A DNA stretch of 64,000 bases from an uncultured delta proteobacterium (lineage in GTDB: Bacteria; Desulfobacterota; Desulfobacteria; Desulfobacterales; JAFDCJ01): assembly GCA_963769935.1 (NCBI GenBank), contig CAVYNY010000015.1, positions 32,001 through 96,000 of the forward strand. Reading direction: 5' to 3'. Position numbers and translations under genes: made by a program. This document shows positions 19,803 to 30,882 of this stretch, piece after piece; the first letter of the stretch is position 1, and every line of letters starts with the position of its first letter. The notes under the pieces were generated by a model. It had not been told where the DNA came from. It worked only from the letters and a program-made list of their open reading frames with translations, and did no database searches.

Positions 19803-20573
19803 ATGAATAACTTATTCAGCCTGGAACGGAAAGTGGCTATTGTTACCGGCGGCAACGGCGGGATCGGGAAAGGAATTGCGCGGGGTCTGGCCTCCATGGG
19901 AGCCGACCTTGCCATCGTCGGCCGCAATTTGCAGAAAACCGAGGCAGCCGTCAATGAGATCAAGGAAGCGTTCGGAGTCCGGGTCGTCGGTCTGATATGC
20001 GACGTGACCGATGAAAAAGCGGTTAAACAAATGATCGGCAAAGTCCTCCAGGATTTGGGCCGCATCGATATCCTGGTAAATAATGCCGGTATCAACATTC
20101 GCAGGATGCCGCAGGATTACGAGACCTCCGAGTGGGATCAGGTGCTGGCCGGCAATCTGCGCAGCGCGTTTTTGTGCGCCAAATTCGTCTACCCGGCGAT
20201 GAAAGCCGCCGGCGGGGGAAAAATCATCAACATCGGCTCTATGACGACGATTTTCAGCGGGGCCAAGCTGGCACCCTACAGCGCCAGTAAAGGCGGCATC
20301 GTTCAGATGGCCCGCAGTTTGGCCTGCGCCTGGGCTGAGGACAACATCCAGGTCAATGCCATCCTGCCGGGCTGGATCGATACCGAACTGACCCGCCGCG
20401 CCCGCATAGACATCGAAGGCCTTCATGAAAGGGCCGCTGCCAGGACCCCCGCGGGACGCTGGGGTGAACCGCGCGATCTCGCGGGGGCTGCGATTTTTCT
20501 GGCAAGTCCGGCCTCGGATTTCATCACCGGCGTCGCCCTGCCGGTGGACGGCGGATATTCGATCAGTATTTAA
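19803..20573 (+). CDS. Short-chain dehydrogenase (KduD / gluconate 5-dehydrogenase-like)
   Basis: TGGNGGIG, NNAG, NIGS, YSASK, VNAILPG, RTPAGRWGEP, VDGG. Confidence 0.92.
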   Translation: MNNLFSLERKVAIVTGGNGGIGKGIARGLASMGADLAIVGRNLQKTEAAVNEIKEAFGVRVVGLICDVTDEKAVKQMIGKVLQDLGRIDILVNNAGINIRRMPQDYETSEWDQVLAGNLRSAFLCAKFVYPAMKAAGGGKIINIGSMTTIFSGAKLAPYSASKGGIVQMARSLACAWAEDNIQVNAILPGWIDTELTRRARIDIEGLHERAAARTPAGRWGEPRDLAGAAIFLASPASDFITGVALPVDGGYSISI

Positions 20574-20662
20574 TTTAAGAACCGGTTTGCCCCATTCGAA
20601 TGCCTCCGGTAAAGAATCCCGACTCAGCTTCCTGCCCGGAGGCTTACAGCCCGGAGGGAGAC

Positions 20663-20700
20663 GACCAGGTTTTCAATGTTTGACCAGGTTTTCAATGTTT
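20663..20700 (+). repeat. Perfect 19-bp tandem duplication GACCAGGTTTTCAATGTTT x2
   Basis: Direct reading; 17 bp of the unit recur at 34552-34568. Confidence 0.85.
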
Positions 20701-20748
20701 GAATAGATAGGCAGTCCCGATTCATCCGGTTCAGAAAGAAACTCTGTT

Positions 20749-21702
20749 ATGAACTCGTTAACCGTATACTTCCGCCCGCCGGAAGAATTTGTCACCCAGC
20801 TGGGCAATATTGCAGAAGAAATCGAAATAAATGTCTGCCCGAAGCGGGAAGAGCTGATACCCTGTCTGCCCCGCACGGAGATCCTGATCACGCTTTTTGC
20901 TTTTCCGGATGCGGAGCTGATCCGGTTGGCGCCCAACCTGAAATGGATTCAGGCCCTGACTGCCGGAGTTGATCTCTTTCCCTTAAATGAAATCAAAAAA
21001 CAGGGTATTATTCTTACCTGCGGCCGCGGCATACATAAAATTTACATGGCCGAGTACGCCATCGGGGCGATGATCAACCTGGCCCGCAATTTTCATCTGA
21101 TGTTCCGAAACCAGCTCAAGGGCAAATGGGACCGCTCGATTGCTCAGGACGAGATATACGGCCGGACAGCGGGTATTATCGGTCTGGGCAGCATCGGGCA
21201 GGAAATTGCCCGCAAGGCATCAATTCTGGGCATGCGGGTCATCGGTGTTAAAGATACTCCCCGGCCGCTCGAATGGGTCGATCAGGTCTATGGTCCGATG
21301 GAGATGGGTGAGGTTTTTAGACAAAGCGACTACGTCATTAATCTTTTGCCGGATACGCAAGCAACCAGAGGCCTGATCGATAAAACGTTTTTCGCCCTGA
21401 TGAATAAATCCGCCTGCTTTATCAACCTGGGCCGCGGATCCACCGTCAATCAAGCCGATCTGGTCGATGCCCTGCGGGCGAAAACGATCCGCGCCGCGGT
21501 CAGCGATGTTTACGAAGAGGAGCCGCTGCCTGCGAACAGCCCCTTGTGGCAATTGGAGAATGCGATTCTCACCCCGCATATGGCCGGCGTCTCACCGCAG
21601 TATCTCCAGCGGGCAATGGATATTATCCGGCACAATCTTAACGTCTACCTCAGCCGTTCGGGGCAGATGATCAACGTCGTCGATCCGGCGAAGGGGTATT
21701 GA
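20749..21702 (+). CDS. D-isomer-specific 2-hydroxyacid dehydrogenase
   Basis: LKWIQALTAGVD, GLGSIG, INLGRG, DVYEEEPL, ILTPHMAG. Confidence 0.94.
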   Translation: MNSLTVYFRPPEEFVTQLGNIAEEIEINVCPKREELIPCLPRTEILITLFAFPDAELIRLAPNLKWIQALTAGVDLFPLNEIKKQGIILTCGRGIHKIYMAEYAIGAMINLARNFHLMFRNQLKGKWDRSIAQDEIYGRTAGIIGLGSIGQEIARKASILGMRVIGVKDTPRPLEWVDQVYGPMEMGEVFRQSDYVINLLPDTQATRGLIDKTFFALMNKSACFINLGRGSTVNQADLVDALRAKTIRAAVSDVYEEEPLPANSPLWQLENAILTPHMAGVSPQYLQRAMDIIRHNLNVYLSRSGQMINVVDPAKGY

Positions 21703-21711
21703 AGCAAAGGA

Positions 21712-24700
21712 TTACTTCCCGGTCGTTCTCTTGTCGGGATGAAACAAGGAATAGACGGCCGGGATAAGCACCAGGGTAATCAGCGTCGATCCGGTAAGGC
21801 CGCCGACAACCGCACGTGCCAGCGGGGCCTGGGCCTCGGATCCCTCGCCCATGCCCAGCGCCAGCGGCATCAGGCCGAGGATCGTGGTCAAGGTCGTCAT
21901 CAGAATCGGCCGCAATCTGCGGCGACCGGCCTCAACCAAAGCATCGCGGGTGGGCATCCCGTCCTCAATCAGGCGACCGGCCTGGTCCACCAGAAGAATC
22001 GCGTTGTTGACCACGATCCCTCCCAGCATAATACAGCCGATATAGGACTGTATATTCAGCGTCGTCTTGGTAATAAACAATGTCACCAGCACGCCGACCG
22101 CCGCCAGAGGAACCGAAAACATAACAACCAGCGGATCGCGCAGCGATTCATATTGACAGGCCAGCACCATATAAACGAGGACCAGCGCCAGCACGAGAGA
22201 GATGACCAGTTCCCGGAAGGCCTTCTGCTGTTCTTCGAAACTGCCGGCGACCGTCAGATCGTAGCCGACGGGGCGTGGAATCTGATCCAGCAGCGCCTGC
22301 ACGTCAAGGGCCACGGATCCCAGATCGCGCCCCGCCACGTTGGCGCTGACCGTCACCCGGCGCTGCTGGTCTTTGCGGTCGATCAGAATCGGTCCGCGGC
22401 TCGACTCAGAAGCGACGACATTGCGCAAGCGCTACCTTTTCGCCGGATGCCGTTGTCAGCGTGAGGTTGAGAATTTCGTCCAGGGAGCGCTTCTCGGCAT
22501 CCTTGAGCTGCAGCAAAATGCGGTAGGAATTGCCCCCCGTCCGGTACTCGCCGGCTTTGGAACCGGCCACCGCGGTCTGCAGGAGCTCGGTGACGTTGCG
22601 AACGCTCAAACCGAGATCGGAGACTTTGTCGCGGTTTACGCGGATTTCCTGCTGGGGGATACCGGCTTCGAGACTGGTTTGAACGTCCGTGATGCCCGGT
22701 ACATCCGCAATCAGCTTTGCAGCGCGCCCGGCCAGCGCGTCGAGGGTGGCAAACTCGTGGCCGCGGATCTCGATGGTCAGCCCCTCGTCGCCGCCCAGCA
22801 GTCGTTCCAGCAGAAATTGACCCTGCGGGGCCCGGACACGGATCTCCATGCCGGGAATCTTACCGTCCAAACGGTGCCGCAGGTCCTGGGCGATTGCCAA
22901 ATTGGAGCGTTTGCGCTCGGCGGCCGGCAGCAAAGACAGGCGTATTTCCCCTTCTGAGCCCGCATCGGGCCGCCAGCCGGTAGAGCCGACACTGACCACC
23001 GACGATTCTGTTTCGGGCACGGCCGGTTGAATAATCTGTTCCATTATCCGAGTCTGCCGATCGACCAGGTCGAGGCGGGTGCCGATTTCCATCTTGCCGG
23101 TTACGCGAACCTCGCCCTCATCACTGGGAGGCAGAAATTCAGTGCCGATCAGGGGCAGAAGCAGCAGACTGGCGCCGAGCACAGCCGCCGCCGTAAAGAC
23201 GGTTGCCAACCGATGGCCCAAGACCCAGCGCAGCAAATCCAGGTAAGCGTTCTCGAGACCCTTGAAGACGGCAGTGGCGGCCGCGGCCCAGCGGTTCGTT
23301 CGAGCCGCCGGCTCCTTGGGCCGCTGTCGGCCTGACGTCAGAAGCCTGGACGCCAGCATGGGCACCAGACTCAGCGCCACCATCAGCGAACAGATCAAAG
23401 AAAAGATGATCACGTACGCCAGCTCCCTGAATAGGATGGCCGAAACGCCGCGCACGAAAATCAACGGCAGAAAAATTACCAGCGTGGTTATGGTGCTGGC
23501 GATGATGGCCGTCCCGACCTCCCGGGCGCCTTCCACCGATGCCTTCTCCGGCGCCTCGCCCATCTCACTGCGGCGGCGGAAGATATTTTCGAGCACGACG
23601 ATGGAGCTGTCGACCATCATGCCCACCCCGAGGGCCAGTCCGCCCAGGGTCATCAGATTGAGCGTAAAACCCCCGAAGTATATCAACGCAAACGTGGTCA
23701 CGATTGAGATCGGGATCGACAGGGAAATCACCAGCGTGCTGCGGATGCTGCCCAGGAAAAACAGCAAAACCACGATTGCCAGCCCACCCCCGTAAAGCAC
23801 CGAGCGGGCAACGTTGGCGATGGACCGCTCGATGAAGTTGCCCGTGTTGATGACCGGGACGATGTGGACCTGAGGAAAGGCCTGGTTGACTGCGTCGATT
23901 TCAGCCAGGACGCGTTTGGACACTTCGACCGTATTGGCATTGGCCTGTTTGCGAATACCGATACGCAGTCCGCGATCGCCGTTGACGCGCACGATGCGCG
24001 TCAGCTTCTCATAAGTGTCTTTAACCTCGGCGATTTGACCCAGCGTGATGGCGGCACCATCACGCTGGGCGATGACCGTATCTCGAATCTGATCGAGGTT
24101 GATAAATTCGGCCGGTGCGCGCAGCGTGACTTCATAGCGTCCCTGTTCAATCTTGCCGGCCGGAAGATCGAGGTTGGCATCGCTGATAGCGTCGAGCACC
24201 CCGTCCAGCGGCAGGCCCACGGCCTTGATCCGGTCGGGATCCAGTTCAATTCGGACCTCGCGGTTGAAGCCGCCGAACACGTCTACCTGGGCCACACCCG
24301 GAATGCGGGCGAAGCGGTAGCGGATCTGATTTTCTATAATTTCGGTGAGTTCCACGGGATCGAGATTGCTGGAAACTCCCAATATCACCACCGGAAAGCT
24401 GGCGATGTCGAATTTTCGGATGCGGGGTCGGACGACATCTTCCGGCAGCTCATCGATCTCGTCTTCGAGTTTGCCCTGCACGTCAATCGCTGCCGTGTCG
24501 ATTTCCGTGCCCCACACGAAGCTGACCCGCACCGTGCTTTGGCCCTCGGAGGAAGTGGATGTGATTTGCTCCACCCCGGGCACCGTCGCCACGATCTCTT
24601 CGATAATCTGCGTCACCAGCCGCTCCATGACCTCGGGACTGGCGCCCTCGTATTCGGTTCGGATGGACAGCGTCGGCAGTTCGATGTTGGGCAGCATATC

Positions 24701-24802
24701 GATCTGCAGCCTGCTGAGAGAAACGGCGCCGAGCAGGACCAGGATCAGGGTTACCATGGTCGTAAAAATCGGGCGCTTGACGCTGAAACCCGGTAGATTC
24801 AT
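21712..24802 (-). CDS. RND efflux permease (AcrB/AcrD/AcrF family), apparent frameshift near 22430
   Basis: [46 protein letters not shown]; ORFs 22406-24802 and 21712-22428 join by removing one base. Confidence 0.93.
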
Positions 24803-26013
24803 TGAGATTCAGCCCTTTCACGGCCGGCAGCGGTTTGGTTTTGCCCGGCGGCGATCGTGATCGGGGAGCCGTCGCTCACCAGTTGCTGCCCCAGGGTTAC
24901 GACCCGACCCGACAGCCCCTCGCCTTCCACCTGCACCCGATCGCCGTCGCGGATGCCCACCTTTACTTCGCGCCAGACGACCGATCGTTCATCCTCACCG
25001 ATGATGAAAACACCGCTTTTGTCGTCACGTTTGGTCAAGGCCTGCTCCGGGACGATGGTGGCCTCCGGCACCCGGGCCAATACCACTGTGGCCCTGATGA
25101 ACATGCCGGGCTTGAGTCGATGCCGGGGATTGTCGATGGTCATTTCGATCCGCGCCTGCCGGGTGGACTTGCGGAAGACGGGGGCAATGCGATCGATGCG
25201 GCCGGTAAACTGTTCGCCCGGATAGGCGTCCGTGGTCAACGCAACGAACTGTCCGGGTTTCAAGTTGGCGTAGTCACTCTCGGTGACGAAAACCACTCCC
25301 ACGATGGGGTTCAGGTCGACGATCAGGAGCAGCGGGGCGTTGGCAGCCACGGTCTGGCCTTCGTCTACATAGCGCTCGGCCACAACGCGATCCTCGTCGC
25401 CGCCGGTCCAGCCGGCAGTTACCTTGGTATAGCCGAGCCGGATATTGGCGGTTTCCAGCGATGATTCGGCCTTGGTAACCTGGGCCGCCGCGACTTTAAG
25501 CTGCGCCTGTTTTGCCAATTGATCCTGCCGGGCGGCATCGAATTCGGAATCGGATGCGATCCCGCGCTTTAAAAGTGACTCGGTGCGTTTAAACTCGCGA
25601 TTGGCCATTTCCAGGTCGCTCGTGGCCTTGGAGAGATTGGCCCTGGCCACTTCCAGATCGGCCTGGGCCTGGGCAACCGCCTGGATATATTCATCATTGT
25701 CCAGCTCGGCCACGACCTGACCGCGCCGTACCGTATCGGCGATATTTACGATCACACGCTCCACGCGGCCGCTTACTTTCGGGGCAACAACGAACTCGGC
25801 CAGAGCTTCCAATTCCCCGCTGAATGTCCGCTGCAACGCGATCGGCCCGTGCTGGATCCGAGCCGCCTCCACCGGCACCGGTCGTACAACCTTAGCGCTT
25901 TTGCTTGCGTCGGCCTGCTCCTGCAGTCGATCGAAAACTACCCAGCCCACTCCCGCCGCGGCTCCAATCAGAAGAACCGTCACAATAAAAATTCTCGGGC
26001 CGCCCGATTTCAT
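24799..26013 (-). CDS. RND periplasmic adaptor (membrane fusion protein)
   Basis: N-terminal TM anchor, PKVSGRV lipoyl half, alpha-hairpin, LKPGMF; 4-bp overlap with the permease. Confidence 0.93.
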   Translation of the reverse strand: MKSGGPRIFIVTVLLIGAAAGVGWVVFDRLQEQADASKSAKVVRPVPVEAARIQHGPIALQRTFSGELEALAEFVVAPKVSGRVERVIVNIADTVRRGQVVAELDNDEYIQAVAQAQADLEVARANLSKATSDLEMANREFKRTESLLKRGIASDSEFDAARQDQLAKQAQLKVAAAQVTKAESSLETANIRLGYTKVTAGWTGGDEDRVVAERYVDEGQTVAANAPLLLIVDLNPIVGVVFVTESDYANLKPGQFVALTTDAYPGEQFTGRIDRIAPVFRKSTRQARIEMTIDNPRHRLKPGMFIRATVVLARVPEATIVPEQALTKRDDKSGVFIIGEDERSVVWREVKVGIRDGDRVQVEGEGLSGRVVTLGQQLVSDGSPITIAAGQNQTAAGRERAESQ

Positions 26014-26242
26014 GGTAAAATACCTTTTTGGTTGTCCTTAAAATTTGACACTGCCGAAAATATGTGCGGTTTCACCCGGCACAAAGTATTAATATTGCAC
26101 TTTCAGGGCTGATTTTGCAATGAAAAAATGGGTTGTCATCATGAAGCAAAAAACTATATAGTCTGCCAGGCACGTTCTAAAACTTAAAAATCGGAGCAAA
26201 GTTGCCGCCATCGGGCGGGATAGGGATTCGTGGGGATCTGAT

Positions 26243-27880
26243 ATGATGTTGGCAAGATGTTATCATCATCTGGCGGAATTATTTGTCATGGGCGCGTTGC
26301 TGCTTGCGGCGGCATCCTGTACGCTGGTCGAAAACCGGATTGACCGCACGGCGGGAGGGCCGAATGTGCCGGCCGATACAGTGGTGCAGATGCGTCCGCA
26401 GCCGGACGAGCAACCTGCCGAGATTACAGCGCGCAAGCTGCCGCCGGGGCCGTTGAAAGTCACCGTCACCGAGGCCATTTTGCTTTGCCTTGAAAACAAC
26501 CGCTCGCTGGTGGTGGAAAGATTGAATCCCTCGATCCAGCAAACCTTTGAGGACCAGGAAAGAGCTGTTTTTGATCCGTCCATCAACGCGGATATCACCG
26601 CCGGCAGGGTAAAAGGCGAACGCCTCGCAAGAACCGGATCTGAAACGGAGGATTTCACCACCGATACCGCTGAAGGCAATATATCTCTATCACAATATTT
26701 TCCGACCGGCACGACGGTTGCCCTGGACGCCGATACGATAATAGATGACTCCTCCCTTTACCAGGACAACTTTTATTCAACCCGCCTGGGCATGACGGTT
26801 ACCCAGGCGCTGCTGAGAGGCTATGGAACGGGTGTGAATCTGGCCCAACTGCAGCAGGCCCGCCTGGATACGCGCATGTCGGAATATGAGCTGCGGGGTT
26901 TTACCGAGTCTCTGGTGGCGGAGGTAGAAAGTACTTACTGGGACTATGCGCTGGCCCGACGTCAGATCGAAATTGTCGAGGAGTCCCTTAAAGTCGCCCA
27001 CCAGCAGCTCAGCGAAACCCAGGAACTGATCACCGTCGGCCGCCTGGCCAAAGCAGAATTGCCGGCCGTTCAGGCTGAGGTTGCCTCCCAGGAGCAGGCG
27101 CTCATCGAAGCACGGGCCGCCAGGGAAACCATCCGCCTGCAGCTGCTGCGGCTGCTCAATCCTGCGGGGCCAGGAATCTGGCAGCGGGAGGTTGATTTAA
27201 TCTATCAGCCGACCCTGCCCGAAATCAAGCTGGCAGACGTTGAGCAGCACGTGGCCGTATCGATGCGCCTGCAGCCGATTTTAAACGAGGCCCGGCTGGA
27301 GATATTAAGCGGCGATCTGGAGCTTGTCAAAACCCGGAACGGACTGCTGCCCTTAATGGATCTTTTCATCGCGCTGGGCAAAAGCGGATACGCCAATTCC
27401 TTCGGCGAATCAATTCGCAATCTCGACAAAGACAATTATGACGCGCTGGCGGGCGTCAGATTCAACTACCCTATTTTTAATCGGGATGCAAAAGCGGTAC
27501 ACCGGCGAGCGCTGTTGAGCCGGGATCAGTCTCAAAAAGCGCTGGAAAACCTTTCCCAGCTTGTGGAAGTCGACGTCCGCACGGCCTACATCTATGTCAA
27601 CAGCACCAAGCAGCAGATTGGCGCTTCAGCCGTCACGCGCAAGTTCGACGAGGAAAAACTGCGGAATGAAATCGAAAAACTACGGGTGGGCAAATCGACC
27701 AGCTTCCTGGTGGCCCAGGCGCAGCGGGATCTGCTGGTCAGCCGGATCGCTGAAGTGCGGGCCCTGGCCAATTACCTCAAGGCGTTGATCGATCTTTACC
27801 GCCAGGACGGATCGCTGCTCGAGCGCCGCAGAATTTCCGCCCCCGGACGTGAACCGGTCCAACTTTCAAAACAGGAATAG
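26243..27880 (+). CDS. TolC family outer-membrane efflux protein (probable lipoprotein)
   Basis: Lipobox-like LAAASC, LENNRSL, two OEP repeats, GKSTSFLVAQAQRDL; divergent from the MFP-RND pair. Confidence 0.9.
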   Translation: MMLARCYHHLAELFVMGALLLAAASCTLVENRIDRTAGGPNVPADTVVQMRPQPDEQPAEITARKLPPGPLKVTVTEAILLCLENNRSLVVERLNPSIQQTFEDQERAVFDPSINADITAGRVKGERLARTGSETEDFTTDTAEGNISLSQYFPTGTTVALDADTIIDDSSLYQDNFYSTRLGMTVTQALLRGYGTGVNLAQLQQARLDTRMSEYELRGFTESLVAEVESTYWDYALARRQIEIVEESLKVAHQQLSETQELITVGRLAKAELPAVQAEVASQEQALIEARAARETIRLQLLRLLNPAGPGIWQREVDLIYQPTLPEIKLADVEQHVAVSMRLQPILNEARLEILSGDLELVKTRNGLLPLMDLFIALGKSGYANSFGESIRNLDKDNYDALAGVRFNYPIFNRDAKAVHRRALLSRDQSQKALENLSQLVEVDVRTAYIYVNSTKQQIGASAVTRKFDEEKLRNEIEKLRVGKSTSFLVAQAQRDLLVSRIAEVRALANYLKALIDLYRQDGSLLERRRISAPGREPVQLSKQE

Positions 27881-27992
27881 CTTCGATTAACACAAAAAAT
27901 CCCTAAAATCGTATCAGAGCGGAATCATATGAAACTTCATCTAATCTGAAGGGACGTTCACCGGGACACGCGCTGCTGGAAATCGGACATGC

Positions 27993-29459
27993 TCACGGGG
28001 AATCCGGTGCTGATAGTCGATTCACCAAACGGCTATAGCCGACCAGAGCGGCCATGGCCCGGGCCGCCCGCTCCGGTGACGGCAGAACCACGATGTTCTG
28101 TTCCAACAGCTTTTGGACAAACGGATTGTCCGGACTTTGAAAGGTGAAACCGATCAGCGGTTTTTGATGCCGTTCAAGCAGGTTCGCCACGGAAGCAGCC
28201 TCATCCCTGAAGAGCTTGTCAATTAACTTCGGCATATCGCCTTCGGAAATTCCCATACTTTCCATGTTGCGCCGCACGATTTGAGCGGGCGTTAAAAAAT
28301 AAACCAGCATGCCGTGCGCCCTGTCTTCCGACAGGAGAGCATCGGGAATGGCGCCGAAAAAATCCATCTGATTTTTAGAGAAGGTCAGGTCGACCGGGTT
28401 GTTGAGACTGCCGGTGTGGGGCACCAGGGGCGCAAGTTTAGCCGATGTTTTTTCTGACAACGGCGGCAGATCCAGGCCTGCCCGGCTGCAGGCGTCGGCG
28501 GCGGCGGCGCCGGGTCCGCCGGAATGGGTCTGAATGATCACGCCGTTGCCCTGCGGTCGTTTACAAGCCCCCAGCACCCAGCAGAAGTCAAAAAGTTCAG
28601 GAATCGAGTGGGCCCGTATGATGCCGCTTTGGCGGAACACCCCGTCATAAAGCGCATCCGGACCGGCCAGGGCGCCGGTATGGGAAAAACTTGCCCGCTT
28701 GCCGGCTTCGGATCCGCCGGCGTAATAGGCGACAATGGGTTTGCGGGGGACAATGGAGCGGGCAAGTTCGATAAAAGTCCGGCCTCTGCGGATGGTCTCA
28801 ATGTAAAGCGCAATCACCCTGGTGTGCGGACAGACCGCCAGGTATTCCAGCGCGTCGACGATGTCCACATCGGCTTCATTGCCCACACTGATGCCGGTGG
28901 AAAAACCCAGCTGGAATCGGCTCAGGTAGTCAAACATCTGGGTGATGAAGCTGCCGCTCTGGGAGGCCAGTCCGATAAAACCCGGCCGGCCTTCAAAGGG
29001 CAAAAAAGTTACGTTGAATTTATGATGCGGATTGGCGACCCCCAGGCAGTTCGGACCCAGAAAGCGGATGCCGAATTTTTGGGCGGCGGCCAGCAGTTTT
29101 TTTTCAAGCGCCGGGCCTTCCCCGCCGACTTCCTTGAACCCGCCGGATACCACAATTGCATTCCGGATGCCCTTTTGACCGCAGTCTTCCATCGTCTGCA
29201 GCACGATCCGGGTAGGCAGCACCATCACCGCCAGATCGGGAATCGCCGGCAATTCCCGAACGCTCGGATAGGCTTTCAGATTTAAAACCTGCTTTTCCTG
29301 CGGATGAATCGGATAGATTGGCCCCTCAAATCCCAGCGACTTGAGCGAACTGAGTTGATTGGTGCCCATGGAGGTAAATCGGTTGGACGCACCGAAAAAG
29401 GCAATGCTGCGGGGGTTGACGATAGGATAGAGCGGACTGTCTTTGATATTCGAGATCAT
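27993..29459 (-). CDS. Acyl-CoA synthetase (NDP-forming) alpha-type / CoA-binding protein
   Basis: NPRSIAFFGAS, GPNCLG, SQSG, SVGNEAD, phospho-His SHTGALAG, SGGPG, NPVDL; no ATP-grasp domain. Confidence 0.9.
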   Translation of the reverse strand: MISNIKDSPLYPIVNPRSIAFFGASNRFTSMGTNQLSSLKSLGFEGPIYPIHPQEKQVLNLKAYPSVRELPAIPDLAVMVLPTRIVLQTMEDCGQKGIRNAIVVSGGFKEVGGEGPALEKKLLAAAQKFGIRFLGPNCLGVANPHHKFNVTFLPFEGRPGFIGLASQSGSFITQMFDYLSRFQLGFSTGISVGNEADVDIVDALEYLAVCPHTRVIALYIETIRRGRTFIELARSIVPRKPIVAYYAGGSEAGKRASFSHTGALAGPDALYDGVFRQSGIIRAHSIPELFDFCWVLGACKRPQGNGVIIQTHSGGPGAAAADACSRAGLDLPPLSEKTSAKLAPLVPHTGSLNNPVDLTFSKNQMDFFGAIPDALLSEDRAHGMLVYFLTPAQIVRRNMESMGISEGDMPKLIDKLFRDEAASVANLLERHQKPLIGFTFQSPDNPFVQKLLEQNIVVLPSPERAARAMAALVGYSRLVNRLSAPDSP

Positions 29460-29533
29460 TGTGTCCCCACAAATTATTTTTTGGCAAAAAATTTAAAAAC
29501 TTGCCTCTACCAAATTCATTGAAACCAAATGAT

Positions 29534-29750
29534 AAAATCCCAAATTTGACACGACTGAGCTCGTCGCAGGCCAAATACCGATGCTGTAAATTCCAAGCAC
29601 CAAATTCCAAATAAATTTCAAATCCCAATACTCAATGACCAAAATTTTTGGTGCGCACTGAAGTGGATTGACCGCTGGTAGTTGTTTGGAATTTCGGATT
29701 TTGGTAGTTGAGTTTTATTTGTTATTTGGGTTTTGTTATTTGGGATTTTC
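29534..29750. repeat. CAAAT-heptamer inverted-repeat element with nested insertion in its left arm
   Basis: Arms homologous to 14498-14744; left arm interrupted by tgacacgactgagctcgtcgcaggccaaataccgatgctgt, flanked by AAATT on both sides. Confidence 0.82.
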
Positions 29751-29834
29751 AATATTGGAGCTGGCTTCATGATGTTATCACTGGAATCCGTAACGAGAAT
29801 ATGCTGAGTTTAGGCTGGGAATAGACCTAACACA

Positions 29835-30806
29835 TCAGTTCGCCAAATAAAACAGAGTTAACTCCCCTTCAGTCTTCCGCCGTACCTTGTCCTCTTCCTC
29901 CAGGTATCTCAGATGCGCAATCGCCTCCCCCGTGGCAAACCATCTTTGCGCCACCGGGAAGTCGTTCCAATCATCATACTTTAAATCCCAGGTCATCCGG
30001 GAGGCAACCTCAAAGGCCGTCATGGATCTTCCCGCAAGAATGCCGAGCACTTCGTCCAACCGATGGCGATGATGGGTTTTCAGCTCCTCGATCCTGGCCG
30101 CAGGGTTTCTGATGAGACGCCGGTGGCCGGGCAGCACGAGGTCGATCTGCAATCCGGCTACCTTGTCCAGACTGGCTAAATAGTGCTTTAAGGGGTTTTG
30201 TTCATTCGACCAGCACTGTATGTTGGGGGTGATGTCGATTAAAATATGATCGCCGGCGACAAGGAGCTTTTTGGCCGGTTCATACAGGCAGGTGTGTCCC
30301 ATCGTATGGCCGGGAGTTGTCACGCATTTAAAATGATAGTCTCCGGCATGGATTTCGTCACCGTCATCAAGGACCTTTAATTCCGGGATCCAATCCGATC
30401 CATATTTGGCACCGGGATGTTTGTCCAGGGCGGCACGCAGCTCATTTTCAGGAAAGCCGTTGCGGCCGGCGTACGCGATCATGGCCCCAAAGCCTTCCCA
30501 GGACTCCATCAGTTCTTTCTCCGGCCGGCTGAAATAGACATTGCTGGCATCCGTTGCTAGTTTACCGACTAGCCCGAAATGATCGGCGTGCAGATGGGTG
30601 ATAAAAAAATCGGCTTTTTTCAGATCAATACCGAGTTGGTTCAGCCCGGCCTGCATGGCTGCCAGACATTCCCTGCGATTCAAGCCGGTGTCGATGATCA
30701 GACTTCTCTCTGCATCCCGTATCACATAGGAGTTCAAATATTTCAAGGGGCTTTCCGGCAGGGGAATTTCCAGCCGGAAAAGATTGGGCATTATTTCCTG
30801 GCACAT
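29835..30806 (-). CDS. MBL-fold metallo-hydrolase with C-terminal winged helix
   Basis: THLHADH, TPGHTMGH, AGDHIL, LPGH, EAIAHLRYL. Confidence 0.92.
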   Translation of the reverse strand: MCQEIMPNLFRLEIPLPESPLKYLNSYVIRDAERSLIIDTGLNRRECLAAMQAGLNQLGIDLKKADFFITHLHADHFGLVGKLATDASNVYFSRPEKELMESWEGFGAMIAYAGRNGFPENELRAALDKHPGAKYGSDWIPELKVLDDGDEIHAGDYHFKCVTTPGHTMGHTCLYEPAKKLLVAGDHILIDITPNIQCWSNEQNPLKHYLASLDKVAGLQIDLVLPGHRRLIRNPAARIEELKTHHRHRLDEVLGILAGRSMTAFEVASRMTWDLKYDDWNDFPVAQRWFATGEAIAHLRYLEEEDKVRRKTEGELTLFYLAN

Positions 30807-30882
30807 GGTTTTTAGTCCAACGATATGGATAGCAACGTTTCTAGTGCTACTTGATTTTAGGTTACCGTTAAATTTCTAATAG

